DNA from: Amoebophrya sp. A120
Lineage: Eukaryota > Protista > Dinoflagellata
Length of the DNA: 64,000 nucleotides
Assembly: GCA_905178155.1 (NCBI GenBank)
Contig: CAJINV010000002.1
Coordinates: 8,079,224 to 8,143,223 of the forward strand
Direction of reading: 5' to 3'
The notes below the pieces were generated by a model. The model was not told the origin of the DNA, searched no databases, and saw nothing but the letters and a program-made list of their open reading frames with translations. Below, in pieces: positions 46,801-58,200 of the stretch (positions are counted from its first letter, which is position 1; each line of letters opens with the position of its first letter). Made by a program: the position numbers and the translations under genes.

Positions 46801-49480
46801 CATCCCCTTCACGGACTATTCCGTCGTTTCCAATTCTGCTCTTCACCTGAGCAGCGGAATCCAAACTACCAGTACACCAGCCGGTGGTACGAGTACCTCT
46901 GTTTGTTTCTCCGGGAATGAGTTCTACTCGACTTCTGTACAGCAGCCGCAATCGTTACAAGAACCACGTACAGCATCCGTAGTAGAACAACATCTTTCGC
47001 GGTCTTCTTCATGTACCGTTGAGAACAAAACTACGATGAACCCGGTGAATTTCAAGAGTCTGATAGAATCCTCCCCTCCGACCACGACAAAACGCAGCGA
47101 CGAGCCGCACAAGAACGACCAAGTCGATATTAAAGGGAAGCCTGCTCATTTGTTGAATGCAGATGAACCAGTAGAACTTTCTACTCCACTAGACTACAAA
47201 ACAAGAACGAAAACAATATCTCCCGAGGAAGAGAGTCGGAGACAGCTGTGCGACTGTATCAGCTCCGCCGTCGTGCGATTGCTGCAGATTCCGGATCCGC
47301 CGGTGGACGCCCGAAAGCACACGAAAGTGAGTTTCGAATTTGTGCACGACCCGGATCAACATGTAGAAGAGGGTTTTGTACAAGATGAAAGTCGTGGGGA
47401 ACGAGAGGAAGACTCCAGGAAGGTGGGCAACATCGATAATTTTGCCGCTTTGAAGAAGGACGAAGATGCAGCAAACGGCGTTGGTCGTACTAAAAGTTCC
47501 GCACAGGAGGAGCGTCTTCCTCACAGCACGGTTGAAGATGTTGGGAGTGGCGGGGCGGTTGGTAGCTTGACCAGGAATACTGATTCGAATTATGGCGGAA
47601 ATAAAGAAGGCGCGCCAAAGAATTCCGGACCGGAAAATAAACAAAAAACATCTTCCTCTTCCTCGTCGTCTGCTTATCTTCCCTGCTACTCCATCACGGC
47701 GGTGAACTACTGTCCGAACCTGACCAACAAGATCCGCACGTTTTTCAACCTCACCAGGGAAGAATTCCAACACGAATTGTCCTATCTCACGGGCGGGCAG
47801 AAGGGCGAGGGCAAGTCCGACAGCACGTTTTTCTACAGCGCCACGGGGAAGTTCTGTTTGAAATCGGTGAAGGAGGAGGAGCACCGGCTCCTCGTCTCGG
47901 GGAATCTGCTGGAGGAGTACGGGAAGTATGTGTTCGAGGAAAACAAGCACACCTTGCTGCCTCACTTCTACCTGTTGATCAAGGTCGTCGTAAATTCTGC
48001 TGGTGTCAATAGTACCTCCGCGAAAGTAGAAAAAGATGGTCCTGTAGTGGAACAAACGACGGCGAGAAGCAAGTTCTTTCTGGGCGGTGGGTCGTCAACA
48101 TCCAATGCAACGCCATCTGTTAGAAGTAGCAGAAGAGGCACCACCGGCTCTGCGCCGGCGTACTATACCGCGCATGCATCTTCTGGCAAAGAGTCCTGTT
48201 TTCGGCTCCTGGTGATGCAGAACGTGTTTCACACGCGGTTGAAGTTGCACGAGCGGTACGATTTGAAGGGGTCGTTTTTTAACCGCTGGACAAAACCGAC
48301 GAAGGGAGCGGGAGAGCTGATCTTGGAGAGTAAAAGAACAACCGACCACGCCGCGCAAAAACATCAAAACGGTAGGAGTAAAGAAGCTGTTCTACTGAGT
48401 GCTCCACCTGGTGAGAAGGTTATAGATTCTTCCATCCATCCCGCGGCGACTGCTAGCAATCAAGTTAGTGAAGCAAGGGATGAACAAACAAGACAACAAA
48501 TAGAGCCCGTTCCTGTCCCGAATTCCGCACTGCTGGCAGACGACGAAAAACGAATAAAGCCAGTCGACCCACCAGCAACAGTGTCTCCCCAGGACGTCGA
48601 CGTGCTGCAAAGCGTAAGCAACTCATCTTCGAAAAATAAGACCACCCTGAAGAAGCGGCGGGAGACGAAGACGCTGAAAGATTTGAACTTTTTCCTGTCG
48701 AGTAGCGGTGCGGGGTCTTTTCGGGAGAAGGGTTCGCGGAACTTAGCGTTTACGGCGGAAAAGGACAACAAGCTGTTCCGGCAAGCACTGCGGAAGGACG
48801 CGGACTGGCTAGCCAAGCACGACTTGATGGACTACTCGCTCCTGATCGGCATCCATTTTTCCAAGCGGAAAAGAGCAACTAATCCGGCAGGTGGTCCTCT
48901 AAAGAAAAACACCGGTTTTGAAGGGCACGATCGTTCTCTAGACCATGACTTTCTTGCTGCTGGGCTGGAAATAAATAAATCCTCGCAGCTACAGTTTTGC
49001 CACCACGGCGTGCCGGCGGTCTACAACTACAATGCCAACGGTAGAAGTACTACCCCAGCGGCCGCGCAATTTCAGGGAGCATCTACTTCAAGCAGTTCCG
49101 TTTCTCGTCCGGTGTTGCTTTTTCTCGGCATCGTGGACGTTTTGCAGGTGTATTCGCTGAAGAAGAACATGGAGAACTTGCTCAAGTCGACTTTTCTCTT
49201 TCAAAAGAACATCTCTGCCGTGGAGCCCAATGAGTACGCAGCGCGGTTCCTGGATTTTCTCCTCTTCACCTGCTTCAGCCCGAAAACTTCTTTGGCGAAA
49301 AATTCAGATTCTGCACAGTTTTCATCCTCGTCAAGTACTAGAGCCAAGGCGCCTGCAAGGAATATTCTTCCTGTAGTAGAGCAAGAAGCGAACGCGGATG
49401 CATCGATGCAAGCGGAAATAATACACACCGCAACGAAGGACGAGAAACTAGGGGAAGTACCTAAAGGAGAAGCCACGTAG
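43802..49480 (+). CDS. Phosphatidylinositol-phosphate kinase (PIP5K family) with a very long low-complexity N-terminus, about 1890 aa
   Basis: GEGKSDSTFFYSATGKFCLKSV, TLLPHFY, LVMQNVF, RYDLKGS, LKDLNF, LMDYSLLIGIH, GIVDVLQ, ISAVEPNEYAARF. Confidence 0.9.
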   Translation: MPRPSQKKRKQLTKKRTKLAEQELKEKAEREQAKRSIIANTEHQQQAPAPPDSVVTTEEIVIPSLRIPNTGALDHQQHPAQKSSAGQLQQPEVVRSSTAERSTVCTEGDLFNNFRRSTFFNSFTSENGAEQQNDAEQELLQRLSSCSTASPVVAEEPATSGAVRTNYSAAGPRTDSDCSTRPPRRSCSDTAGASVVPATSPAASKNRSQRRSSSTAATTFLHEQQQQAFNVEARILRALNWQLVEELRSTRRENAFLRKENEKLKSQVEVTAVVEEDSSIIVSGPPVPFLKEVDVLNNSGRKERKTGTTSNKELRPGAQRTSISCEDEYASNNRQHLEIDVEVESVKAVSSQKKRPLQGVENNTEHDFSSPETAVGKQQAQDDDGCDHVPVREVEVDLVQNDNDREEDRKLELELENLVETSFNNGVSGGGLPKNSTSCLEVISPLRQVLVQEAKEHDHHLCSSPSDAEGAELAQVVDDDILVVNNHSVAESKADKETENEQQTAAEERERTAGGEGILSFESKQERTASPGAYVKAAADVEGKTSTTDEGDEANVEYSDGHKPFTVEKENDSVVPAEDEFRTNEPEGELETNEVEKSKLEPHEIGEVNELSSSSPGTLDSCVVYPAKVLQKYGDFTFSLLQRSRARQRDFAKRVSLFESNQHLNSNAGSNRNSVNSTKTTASAAFFHGGGSCNTTVSRSRDSYSKKSSNFVDISRISTSNLVTKRLQELEQQQQLSSSPGLLAEAKRKITISSLNNNNSNNDRNRGAGTSVGAIKAAPTRISISNNGTSWCSKNEKDQNYENALSVTENKSADQNAFKKRTTLIDTASSLAAPSSVVSVPEINVQNSSGSSSSSSSFAINANLLNATETAGGCSGLGGPLFSKSSAPQKINSASSSSVPTSEQDVAQLSFPHPTTTTAGFSGCVSDLTSIRTGSKSDYDPTDCAIGLKAVELIPEEVAPVPETTRGPGVAPVVSSSNDESGRQLEELFPIAVNDQSLSSIPFTDYSVVSNSALHLSSGIQTTSTPAGGTSTSVCFSGNEFYSTSVQQPQSLQEPRTASVVEQHLSRSSSCTVENKTTMNPVNFKSLIESSPPTTTKRSDEPHKNDQVDIKGKPAHLLNADEPVELSTPLDYKTRTKTISPEEESRRQLCDCISSAVVRLLQIPDPPVDARKHTKVSFEFVHDPDQHVEEGFVQDESRGEREEDSRKVGNIDNFAALKKDEDAANGVGRTKSSAQEERLPHSTVEDVGSGGAVGSLTRNTDSNYGGNKEGAPKNSGPENKQKTSSSSSSSAYLPCYSITAVNYCPNLTNKIRTFFNLTREEFQHELSYLTGGQKGEGKSDSTFFYSATGKFCLKSVKEEEHRLLVSGNLLEEYGKYVFEENKHTLLPHFYLLIKVVVNSAGVNSTSAKVEKDGPVVEQTTARSKFFLGGGSSTSNATPSVRSSRRGTTGSAPAYYTAHASSGKESCFRLLVMQNVFHTRLKLHERYDLKGSFFNRWTKPTKGAGELILESKRTTDHAAQKHQNGRSKEAVLLSAPPGEKVIDSSIHPAATASNQVSEARDEQTRQQIEPVPVPNSALLADDEKRIKPVDPPATVSPQDVDVLQSVSNSSSKNKTTLKKRRETKTLKDLNFFLSSSGAGSFREKGSRNLAFTAEKDNKLFRQALRKDADWLAKHDLMDYSLLIGIHFSKRKRATNPAGGPLKKNTGFEGHDRSLDHDFLAAGLEINKSSQLQFCHHGVPAVYNYNANGRSTTPAAAQFQGASTSSSSVSRPVLLFLGIVDVLQVYSLKKNMENLLKSTFLFQKNISAVEPNEYAARFLDFLLFTCFSPKTSLAKNSDSAQFSSSSSTRAKAPARNILPVVEQEANADASMQAEIIHTATKDEKLGEVPKGEAT

Positions 49481-50516
49481 AAGAGGAAATGATGACAGAG
49501 TGTCTTCACAAATTTTGGACTAACCAATTCATCAAGTTGATGTACCCTGACTCAATACATGTGGCACATAGAAGATGAAAGATTTTCGCAGTAGCAACTT
49601 CAGCGCATGCACTGGCGAAGATGGGATCACTTGTTTTTACGTCTGAAAATGAATCCGCTGCTGTCATTCACGTTGTACATGACTGGCGACCCTTTTATGA
49701 TAATGATGATAACACGACAAGTATACGATTAGTTTACACTACACCCTCCCGTTGTACGACAAGAAACGACATAAGAACTAGCAGAAGCAATTTTCCTACG
49801 TGTCAGGCACGATGTCGATGCCAAAGCTTTGTTCGTTGAAAAGTCGGATAACAAACAAAGGAGTACAGCTGCTACACTCGTTCCTAACCTTGGCGTTATG
49901 GTCGGTTTTGCGAGCTGCCGTTCGTGCTGATGTCCCTCATTTGCTACAGAATTTCTTGCGTCGGTTAAGTGAGTAAGTACTTATATTCGTCCGGCTCCTC
50001 AGCTTATTTGCTCGGTCCTCGTGCACCCGTCATCGTTGTAAAGATTTAGGCGTAAGTCGGTTTGCTTGTTGCACTAGTACAAATCCGATATTTGTAGTGG
50101 CGGTAGTGTCTTGCGCAGCTTCCTCGTTGCTTCGGAAATTTCGGTCGTACATTTTTTTAGTGAGTCCGTCGGTGTCGACGTTGTGCAGTCGTTCTTTTCG
50201 TCCTTTTGTTCTAGCGTAGTACTGGCCCTGGCCCAGCCTGTTTCATTGGCAGCCAGAACGTAACATTTCGTAGAGGCGTGTAGGTTTTCCGAACCCACTA
50301 GTAACACAAATTTTTTGTCATTGTCAAAAATCATCTCAGATTGCTCACCAGTCGCTCTTCTCAATTGAGTTCGACGCTCTGACCCTGGAACAATACAACC
50401 GCACCCTACTACGAGAATACACATTAACCAGCTCCTTCCCGTACTAGGATACAAAACGTCGTGCCGCACCCAGAGTCAGAACATAAAGCTCTCACCCCCC
50501 GCATTACACGTCCAGC

Positions 50517-53500
50517 ATGATCAGTTTGTTCAACGATAGATCACCGATCACCTCCCGGTGGCTGGTCTCTTCCATCGCTCTGCACCCGGCGGTCTTTGCG
50601 ATTCTGGTGAGATCCGGCGATTTTCTTGCGCGGCGCGAACAGCAAGCAAACGAGGAGGCGACAGTGGGAATTGTGACAGACACGGAGAGGAAAAAAGACC
50701 ACTCTCCAGACTTCGGGCAAGAAGAAGTCTTCACGACGGTTGCACGACAGGGCGCGGCCCTCGCAATTGATGCGAGCGGCAATAACGCCGAAAATGCCAT
50801 CGAAGGAGCAACTCTTGTGGGCGACGTACTGGAACAAGCAGCACGTCCAAGCTTCTTCGAACTTGCCGGGGAGATTGTACAGCCACCAGGTACTTTCGAT
50901 CCTTCACCGACTGTTGAGACTGAAGGAGAAGGAGCAGACCCGCTAGGGGGACCACCGGGCCTCGCGCTGGAGGTGAACTCCGAGGGCGATGCTGGCTCGT
51001 TTTTGGAGTTAGATCTCGACAAGCGGAAGATTGATGCCCGCCCAGAACAAAAGAGGACCACACTGCAGGTTGAAATGGAGAAAAAATTAACGGTCTTGGA
51101 AAAAGAAGGAGTTTTCAAGCATTGGGTTTCGCCATTCGGCAAGGATGAGAAGTCCCTCAAGGAACACGTCGACTTACTTCGTGACGGTGTTTTGATTAAC
51201 TCGATCCAGACAGAAGAGCTAAAGTGCCCACAAGGTCAGCACACCGCCGACGAAACCATTTCTGGGACGACGGGCGAAGTGACCTTTTGCAAAACTACCG
51301 CAATCAAGAAGATCTTACTCCCAGAAGATGCAGCCCCGGCGGTGGAAGGAGTACTTCCACCAATCGGAGACGACAAAAATGGTGTTTCGCATTACAATGC
51401 GCAGCTCGGCCAAATTGCGACCGAATTGACCCTGCAACGGGCATTGCAGAGCTACGAAAGTTACCTTCGGTCGTCCGAGGCGGATAAACCAAAGCTGACG
51501 GCCGAAATGGTCAAATCCACCGAACACCGATGCTTCGTCCCCATCACGCGCATTGCGGCAACACCTAATGCCGTGTACTTCGAGATGCCCCGCGGCGTGG
51601 ATTTGTACGATGTGCAAGCTTTGGCGGCGGATGACCCTGCCGTGGAAACCGCCTTACACAAGCACGCCTTTTCGGCCGTGGACTCGTTCCTCAGCTGCAC
51701 GAACCTGCTGGGTACAACGCTGCGTGTGCTCCACAACGACATCAAAATGGAGAACGTCATGCTGGAGCGGAACTTTCCTCAAAATCTAGCCGCAACATCT
51801 TCAACAGGGCTAGCCGCGCCGGAAACAACGCCTCCCCTGACGCCGAAAGACATCCGCTTTTCGCGCATCAAACTGTTCGACTTCGACGGCGCCGCGGTGC
51901 TGAAACAGGACGAGACGCACACGCTGCGCCCGATCGCGGCGCTGGGCAAGAACAAAGGGTGGGGCATGATCGGCACGCCTGGGAGCGCGCATCCCCTGCG
52001 GTGGGCCATGCAATACGGGTCGCACCGGCACCGGCCCGGCGCAGGGGTAGAAGCACGACCGCAGGACGGCACTGGGCAAAGTTTATTTCCTCCTTTTTCC
52101 GAGGACCTTCTTATTCTTTCTAACCGGGAGGACGTGCTGCTGGATCCGGGTACGGATTTGTTTGCGGTGTCCATGACCGTCTTCATGGGCTACGGCGGCC
52201 CGTGTTTCGGCGCCGAGCAGTCCTCGTGCGCCAGTGAGTACCCGCTCTGGTTCTCGAAGGTAGATATTTGGACTTGCTTGCGCCACTTTTTTGGCGACCC
52301 CGTGGAGCGGCTCGGAGAGTTAGCTGACGGCGTGGCCGCGCTGTGTGGCTCGTTCCTGTCCCTGTTGCGAAAAGACTTTGGCAGCACGCAGAAGTATCAC
52401 ATTCCGACGCGTACGACTGTAGACTACAGCTCGGAGGGGGACGCGCAGAGCGGTCACCTAGTACCGGATCCAGGAAGAGACGTGCCGTGCATCTTCAAGC
52501 AGCGGCTCCACGATCTTCAGCCTTCATCTTCAAGCAGCGGATCCACGATCCCGTGTGGCAGCTTTCCGGGGTTTGCACCGAAAACGATAATGCGAACTCC
52601 GGGCTGGGACTCGAATCAGGAGAGGGAAGAGGAAGGAGGAGACAAGGAGCGAGCTGCTATTGTGCAAGAAGGAGGAGACAAGGAGCGACTTGGTCTGGGG
52701 GGCAAAAATTTGATCGAGCTGCTCTTATGCAGCCGCGTGCTCCAAGTGCCACGGGGCGCAGGGGTCGGTGAGGGGGAAAAAAAATCAACAAGTTACGCAG
52801 GAGATGTGGCGAAGCTGGCCTACCGTCTGCTCGCGCCCTTGCTGTTGCCGACGCCACGGTTCGAAGTCGAGATTCTGGAAGGCGCGGACCTGACAAGCGC
52901 AAGTCAAAACGCCGGGGAAGGTATTGAGGGGCGCTTGGAGAACCTCAAGGTGCGTTTGGACGAGCTCAAGAATTCTCCGGTCGAAAAACCGAACACGAAC
53001 GAAAAAATTGCGACCGTTGAGAAAATCCGAGAGTATGTGGAGGGGGACCAGAAGCGGCAGAAGGAGCTGCGCCAGCTTGTGCAGAAGCACGCGTTTGCAT
53101 TCGAACGGGAAAGCGTCGCCGAGACGTTGGCGTCGTGTAAAACACTTTACTTTCCTGATCTTGAGCTTGATTCCGGAGCAGCGGAAGAGATGAAGAAGAC
53201 AAGTAGTGGAGACGCAAATGGCGGCGCTCCTGCGACGAGGAGCAGTGGAAGCCGCACACCTGAGTTAAGAAGGAAAGCGTCCAGCGCCCTCGGGAGGGTA
53301 ACAAGCAGACCTCGAGGACGAGGTACCCGAAGCACTTCGCTAGCACGACGTCACGGCTCGCTAAAGAGGAGGAGGTCCTCGTGGTCGCCGGATACACAAT
53401 ATTCCAGAACGCGCCGCTCAAGGAGCCCCCAGGCTGCGGCAACGACGGCAAATGATCCCCTCCCAAAACGAAGAAGGTTGCCCACGAGCAGCGGGTCGAG

Positions 53501-53807
53501 CTCGAAGGGATCTGGATCGCAGACAAGAACCGCCGTTGCCGGTGGCAAAGGTCCGGGACCTAGTGGAAAAGGTCCTGGTGGCAAAGGCCTCGATGGCAAG
53601 GGGGAAGACGCTGCTGGCAAAGAAGCCGGTAGCAAAGCAGGAGCTGATGGCAAAGGACGTGGAATGTCGCAAGCAAATCGTGACTCGCCGCTCACACCCC
53701 GCACACGCTCACGCACACCCTCACCACGCACACGCGCATCGTCGTCACGCGCACCGCCCAGCGGGAGCAGCTTCATCTACGAGGAAGTTGCCCGAGAAGT
53801 TCCCTGA
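50517..53807 (+). CDS. Divergent Ser/Thr protein kinase-like protein, 1096 aa, possibly secreted
   Basis: SGTTGEV (Gly loop), TAIKK, VYFEMPRG, VLHNDIKMENVML, IKLFDFDGA, GMIGTPG, DLFAVS. Hydrophobic N-terminus. Confidence 0.8.
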   Translation: MISLFNDRSPITSRWLVSSIALHPAVFAILVRSGDFLARREQQANEEATVGIVTDTERKKDHSPDFGQEEVFTTVARQGAALAIDASGNNAENAIEGATLVGDVLEQAARPSFFELAGEIVQPPGTFDPSPTVETEGEGADPLGGPPGLALEVNSEGDAGSFLELDLDKRKIDARPEQKRTTLQVEMEKKLTVLEKEGVFKHWVSPFGKDEKSLKEHVDLLRDGVLINSIQTEELKCPQGQHTADETISGTTGEVTFCKTTAIKKILLPEDAAPAVEGVLPPIGDDKNGVSHYNAQLGQIATELTLQRALQSYESYLRSSEADKPKLTAEMVKSTEHRCFVPITRIAATPNAVYFEMPRGVDLYDVQALAADDPAVETALHKHAFSAVDSFLSCTNLLGTTLRVLHNDIKMENVMLERNFPQNLAATSSTGLAAPETTPPLTPKDIRFSRIKLFDFDGAAVLKQDETHTLRPIAALGKNKGWGMIGTPGSAHPLRWAMQYGSHRHRPGAGVEARPQDGTGQSLFPPFSEDLLILSNREDVLLDPGTDLFAVSMTVFMGYGGPCFGAEQSSCASEYPLWFSKVDIWTCLRHFFGDPVERLGELADGVAALCGSFLSLLRKDFGSTQKYHIPTRTTVDYSSEGDAQSGHLVPDPGRDVPCIFKQRLHDLQPSSSSSGSTIPCGSFPGFAPKTIMRTPGWDSNQEREEEGGDKERAAIVQEGGDKERLGLGGKNLIELLLCSRVLQVPRGAGVGEGEKKSTSYAGDVAKLAYRLLAPLLLPTPRFEVEILEGADLTSASQNAGEGIEGRLENLKVRLDELKNSPVEKPNTNEKIATVEKIREYVEGDQKRQKELRQLVQKHAFAFERESVAETLASCKTLYFPDLELDSGAAEEMKKTSSGDANGGAPATRSSGSRTPELRRKASSALGRVTSRPRGRGTRSTSLARRHGSLKRRRSSWSPDTQYSRTRRSRSPQAAATTANDPLPKRRRLPTSSGSSSKGSGSQTRTAVAGGKGPGPSGKGPGGKGLDGKGEDAAGKEAGSKAGADGKGRGMSQANRDSPLTPRTRSRTPSPRTRASSSRAPPSGSSFIYEEVAREVP

Positions 53808-54683
53808 TTTTTACTGCGCAAAGATCTGTAAGTCATCGCACTATCGTCCTCAGTATATGTTTGAATAAGTGATCCTGATACCGGGTAAGATGGTTTTTGT
53901 AGCGATGTTTCCATGCTGAATCTGCACCATCTACGCCCACGCTAAGTTTTGGAAACTTGAAAATATCTTCGAACTTCTTGTTCTTCTTCTCTTGTATCCC
54001 CGTTTCGATTTTCGTCATAGTATTCTGCGCGATGAAGTTCAAACAGCAATCGCGGTCCTCTATAAGTTTTTTCTCGTCCCATTGCTCGCGTTTTAACAAG
54101 AACCACCCTGGATGATAGATATTTTTGTGTTATCAAAACGAGAATTGCATTAAGTAAGTAGAATACGGATGTAACCCATCAAAAACACATTGCAATGGTC
54201 GAAAAGGAGACGACGGAAGTGCTGTGATTTTGTCCTTCTGTAGTATCTAGACATCGAAGTCGCTCTGTTCTGCAACGTCCACGCAGCTGCACTCCATATT
54301 GTTCCCGTCATCGAAGCGGTCCGGTTGCCCTGCGCTAGAAAGACAAAGACTACCATACACGCTCTCCAGGAAGATTTCCAGTGGATCGTTCTCCAGAAAA
54401 GCGGTTGCGTTTGGAAGATGATAGATAGGGATGCTAGAAAGAAGGAAAAAGATCCCAGCTCCTGAAGGTCTTTCGTTGCGCGATTGATGGTCGTACCAAG
54501 ATCATGATCTGTTGTGTCAATGCGGTCTCTTCCGCGTGATAGGCAAAAAGTTTACAGCAAATTCTCCACTTATAGTCACCGAAATCTTGTTGTGCATTTT
54601 GCTGCCAGCAACTGACGATCCATTCAGATCTACTGCAACTACTGCGTTTTGCGTGAAGCAAGATGATCCTGTATGGAGGACGA

Positions 54684-54706
54684 GATGATGATGATGATGA
54701 TGATGA
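54684..54706. repeat. (GAT)7 microsatellite
   Basis: Read directly from the sequence. Confidence 0.8.
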
Positions 54707-55248
54707 GGTTGATATCTACTTCGACTGCCCCGCCTAGTGGGTAATTGTACAACAAGAGATCCATTGTGGGGAGAACAACGAGAATTGTCGCTCCACGAGC
54801 CGCCCCATGAGTACGATATCCGAATGCGGAACTTTTTTTCTCATTGCATGACAACATCCTACTCCTGGTACTGCTTCCTCGGTCACCCTGCCAGTTCCTT
54901 GCTGATGTAATTCAGGTTCAAGATGATAAACTAAGGCCATGAGAATGAGTTAAAAAGTTTGATTCTTAATCTGTATCTGAGACGTACTCTACATCTACTC
55001 GCAAACATTTTGTTTTCAAGATACGAGGAGAGTCCTCGCTTATTCTACGTGTAAACTCTTTTCTATCGATTTTTTTCGGAGAGCGCTTGAGGAACCTTAA
55101 CTGGCACACAGCCGTAGCCTACTTCAGGGCCCACAGGTAATAGATATCCTCATCCCCAGTGTGGCTCCGGCAAGCTCGACGACGCTGCAGCAGAAGACGG
55201 AAGCCGCGAATTGAGCTCTTGCACGATCACCCGCGGCCAAGTCTAAAA

Positions 55249-58200
55249 ATGAGAAAATTTCTGAAAAAAGTCATGCAGCCTCGCCCGGGACTCAAAAGTC
55301 CGGGGCTTCTGGCAGCTCTGGCTCTGGCGGTTGTGCTCGGAGGAGCCGCGACCCGTGCAGTTCGTGCAGCCAGTTCCTCTTCCACTGCGCTTCTCGCTGG
55401 TGCTACAGATCCTGCTGGAAATGGTCCTGGTCCTCTCCCAGCAGGATCTTCGGTCCCGGTGCTTGCCGACCCGACTGCACCACACCAGCAAGATGATCAG
55501 CATGAACCTGCGGCGGACCACCTCCACAGCAACGTTGCCGACACGTCTGACGCCGAGCTGCCTGCGGTGCGGTTTATCACGCAGTGCGTGACGGACGGGT
55601 CAGAGGGTCTTTCCACGCGTGCGAGGGAGAAAATGTACTTTTTGTTCGAGAAACGGCGCTGGAAAAATCCAGAGGCGCTGGACATTCTCACCTACCTAGC
55701 GAACCTGCAAGCGGGGCATGAAGCAGTTCTTTCCACGACCTCCTCTAGAAGTACTTCGCAAGACCGCTCGATGTTCGCGGCCCTGCGGGAGAAGTATCAC
55801 CGGGCGGCCAACTGGTTCGAGGCCGTTCGCGTTCTGCGCGACGAGTTTTTTTGGACTGAGGAACAGGTGTTCGACGCAACCATTCTACCGTCGACCGGTC
55901 AACAGTCGTCTTTCGCTGGGTCCTCGTCGGCCTCGACGACAACATGGCCCTTCAACGAGACGGAAACGCGGGAGCATCGGAAGCTCTTCGTGATTGATCA
56001 ATCGGCGCCTGGTGTCGAGGACGAGATCGACCCCGCGCAACGAGGACCGGGTGAACAAGGTCGTGAAGGGTCATTTTCATCATCGCAGCTGCATCATAAC
56101 GTCGAAAAGGAAAATCGGCAAAAGAACATCAATACCCAGACGAACCGTTTGCTGCAGTCGCTGCAGGAAATTCCTTTCTTCACGGAGAGAAATTCTTTCA
56201 GTTCGCTGAAGAGACACCCTGCGACGACGTACTATGCGGTGGAATTCCTGACGACGCGAAAAGGGGGCGAGATGGGCTTTGGGCCCATCGTGCCACCTCC
56301 AACCGCCCCGAACCCCCTGGTCTACGTGGAAGATATGGGGGCCAGGCTGGCGGTGGAATTGCGGTTTTACAAACTGTATGTGACGCACAACCGCGGATCG
56401 TTCCTTTTCATACCTGCGGGCGAAGACACCGCTGTGGACATGCGTCACGGTCTGTTCAGGACACTAGGTTTGAACCCGCTGATCCGCGCGCGTCGTTCTG
56501 CGGACGCTGATTGGGCAGTGCCGCGGCACGAGAACAGGGAGCTGTGCGAGCGTTGGTACGTGTCCAAAGAAGTGGAGCTGCCCGGTCCCGACTTTGCAGA
56601 CGCGGCCGTGCAGACGATGCAACTGCACGACCATACGCTGCTGCCGTGGAGTGTGAAACACACCGCCAAGTCCGCTCTGAACACCCTGCTCCCGCGCATT
56701 TTTAGCGCACAAGAGGACCACAGGCAACGACCGCCAACGAGAACGAGGCTACGCTTTCCGCCGGTGGGGAAGCAAATAGAGCAGAACCTGGTTTTGCCGT
56801 TCCAAGGAGCAGCAGGCCGTCTGGTGGGGTCTGTGATGAACGGGCTGAGAGCGACGGTGTGGCGGTCGCCTTCCAATATAAGAGGAGGAAAAGCGCGTAT
56901 TGCAATCGTAATGATTTCGTAATATTAAGTCATCTTATTCGACGAGGATCAAATAAATTGGTTGTGCGACTTTCTGTTGCCTCTACAAACAGTTCTTCTC
57001 AGTGAGTATGCTTGCTGTCTATGAAGCCGAATATAAGTTCAATTTTGCATCGACATTGTCGACTCACACTTAAGCCTCGGCTCTCATTTTCGAAACTTTG
57101 GAGAAATTTCTAGGCTTGCCTGTTACAACTGGCTCGAGTCTGGTGTACCAAAGCGCGACTGGGAAGATTGTGATGTCAGCTCTTTTCTTTCGATGCGCAG
57201 GAGTTGTACCGCCGGCGCCGACGGCGTGGGAGCAGGTGCAGGCTTGCCCGGGCATCGGTTGCAACATTCTGCGGTTCTATGGCAGCGGGGTGATTGCGGA
57301 GGAGGATCAGTTTTGGAGAAACATGATCGCAAAGGCTTTGCGACAGGAATTTCACATTAATCTCGGAGAGGGCGCTCGCGATGTTGAAGGTGATCCACCC
57401 CCCGGTCCTGAGTACCGTGTCGAGGCGACCACCCGGGCAGAACTGTTGCAACACGCGAGCAACAGCGTAGAACACCGCTTCCGTCGACTGGCGCGCGATT
57501 GGGACCTGCTGCGAAGGCTGTTCCCCTTGGAACAGCACACCCGCGGTTTCTTCCGCTTGCCCGGTCATGGGCCCGGCGCTGGCCGACGTCTGGTGGTCCC
57601 CGTGCCGGAAGCTGCTTACGACGGCATTTGCAGTCTCGCGTCCACTTGTAAGAAGAGGTTTTGTCCGAAAAGGCGAGCACCCGCCGTCTGCCGACGAATT
57701 GCAAAGCGCGTGCGCGACGACTACGTGCACAAAAACTGCGCTTCGGGCGTGGACTTGGGAAAGGACAAGTTTCTAGTGACCGAGTGGCGGAAGATTGAGA
57801 ATATCGCAAACATTTTGGACGATGTGTGGCGGAAAGCGCCGGGGGCTTTGAAAACGGAGCTGCGAAAAGCTCTAGGCATGGAGGCTCCTGCTCACGAAGC
57901 AGGGGAGCAGGAAGCAGCTCCAGGCGACCCGTTGGGCAAGTTTGGCTCGCAATTTTTTCCGAATCACGAGCAGATCACGCTGGCCCGTGCGCGGTCCATG
58001 GTCGGGAAAAATGGGCACCTTCCCTTTCTGCCGTTTATGGAGCACCCGGAGCGGAACCAGTGGGAGACGCAGGCACTGGAGATCGAGTTGACCAGCTTGG
58101 TCCTAAAAAAGACGATTACCATCCTAGTGACACCTATCGCAAGAGAAAACTGCTTCACTGGAAATTTGTGCGATGCAGGAAGATAGTAGGTATCACGCAA

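Noticed and set aside
55111-55119. GCCGTAGCC as a relic dinoflagellate spliced leader
   Set aside because: Only 9 nt match, and the diagnostic ATTTTGGCTCAAG part is missing.
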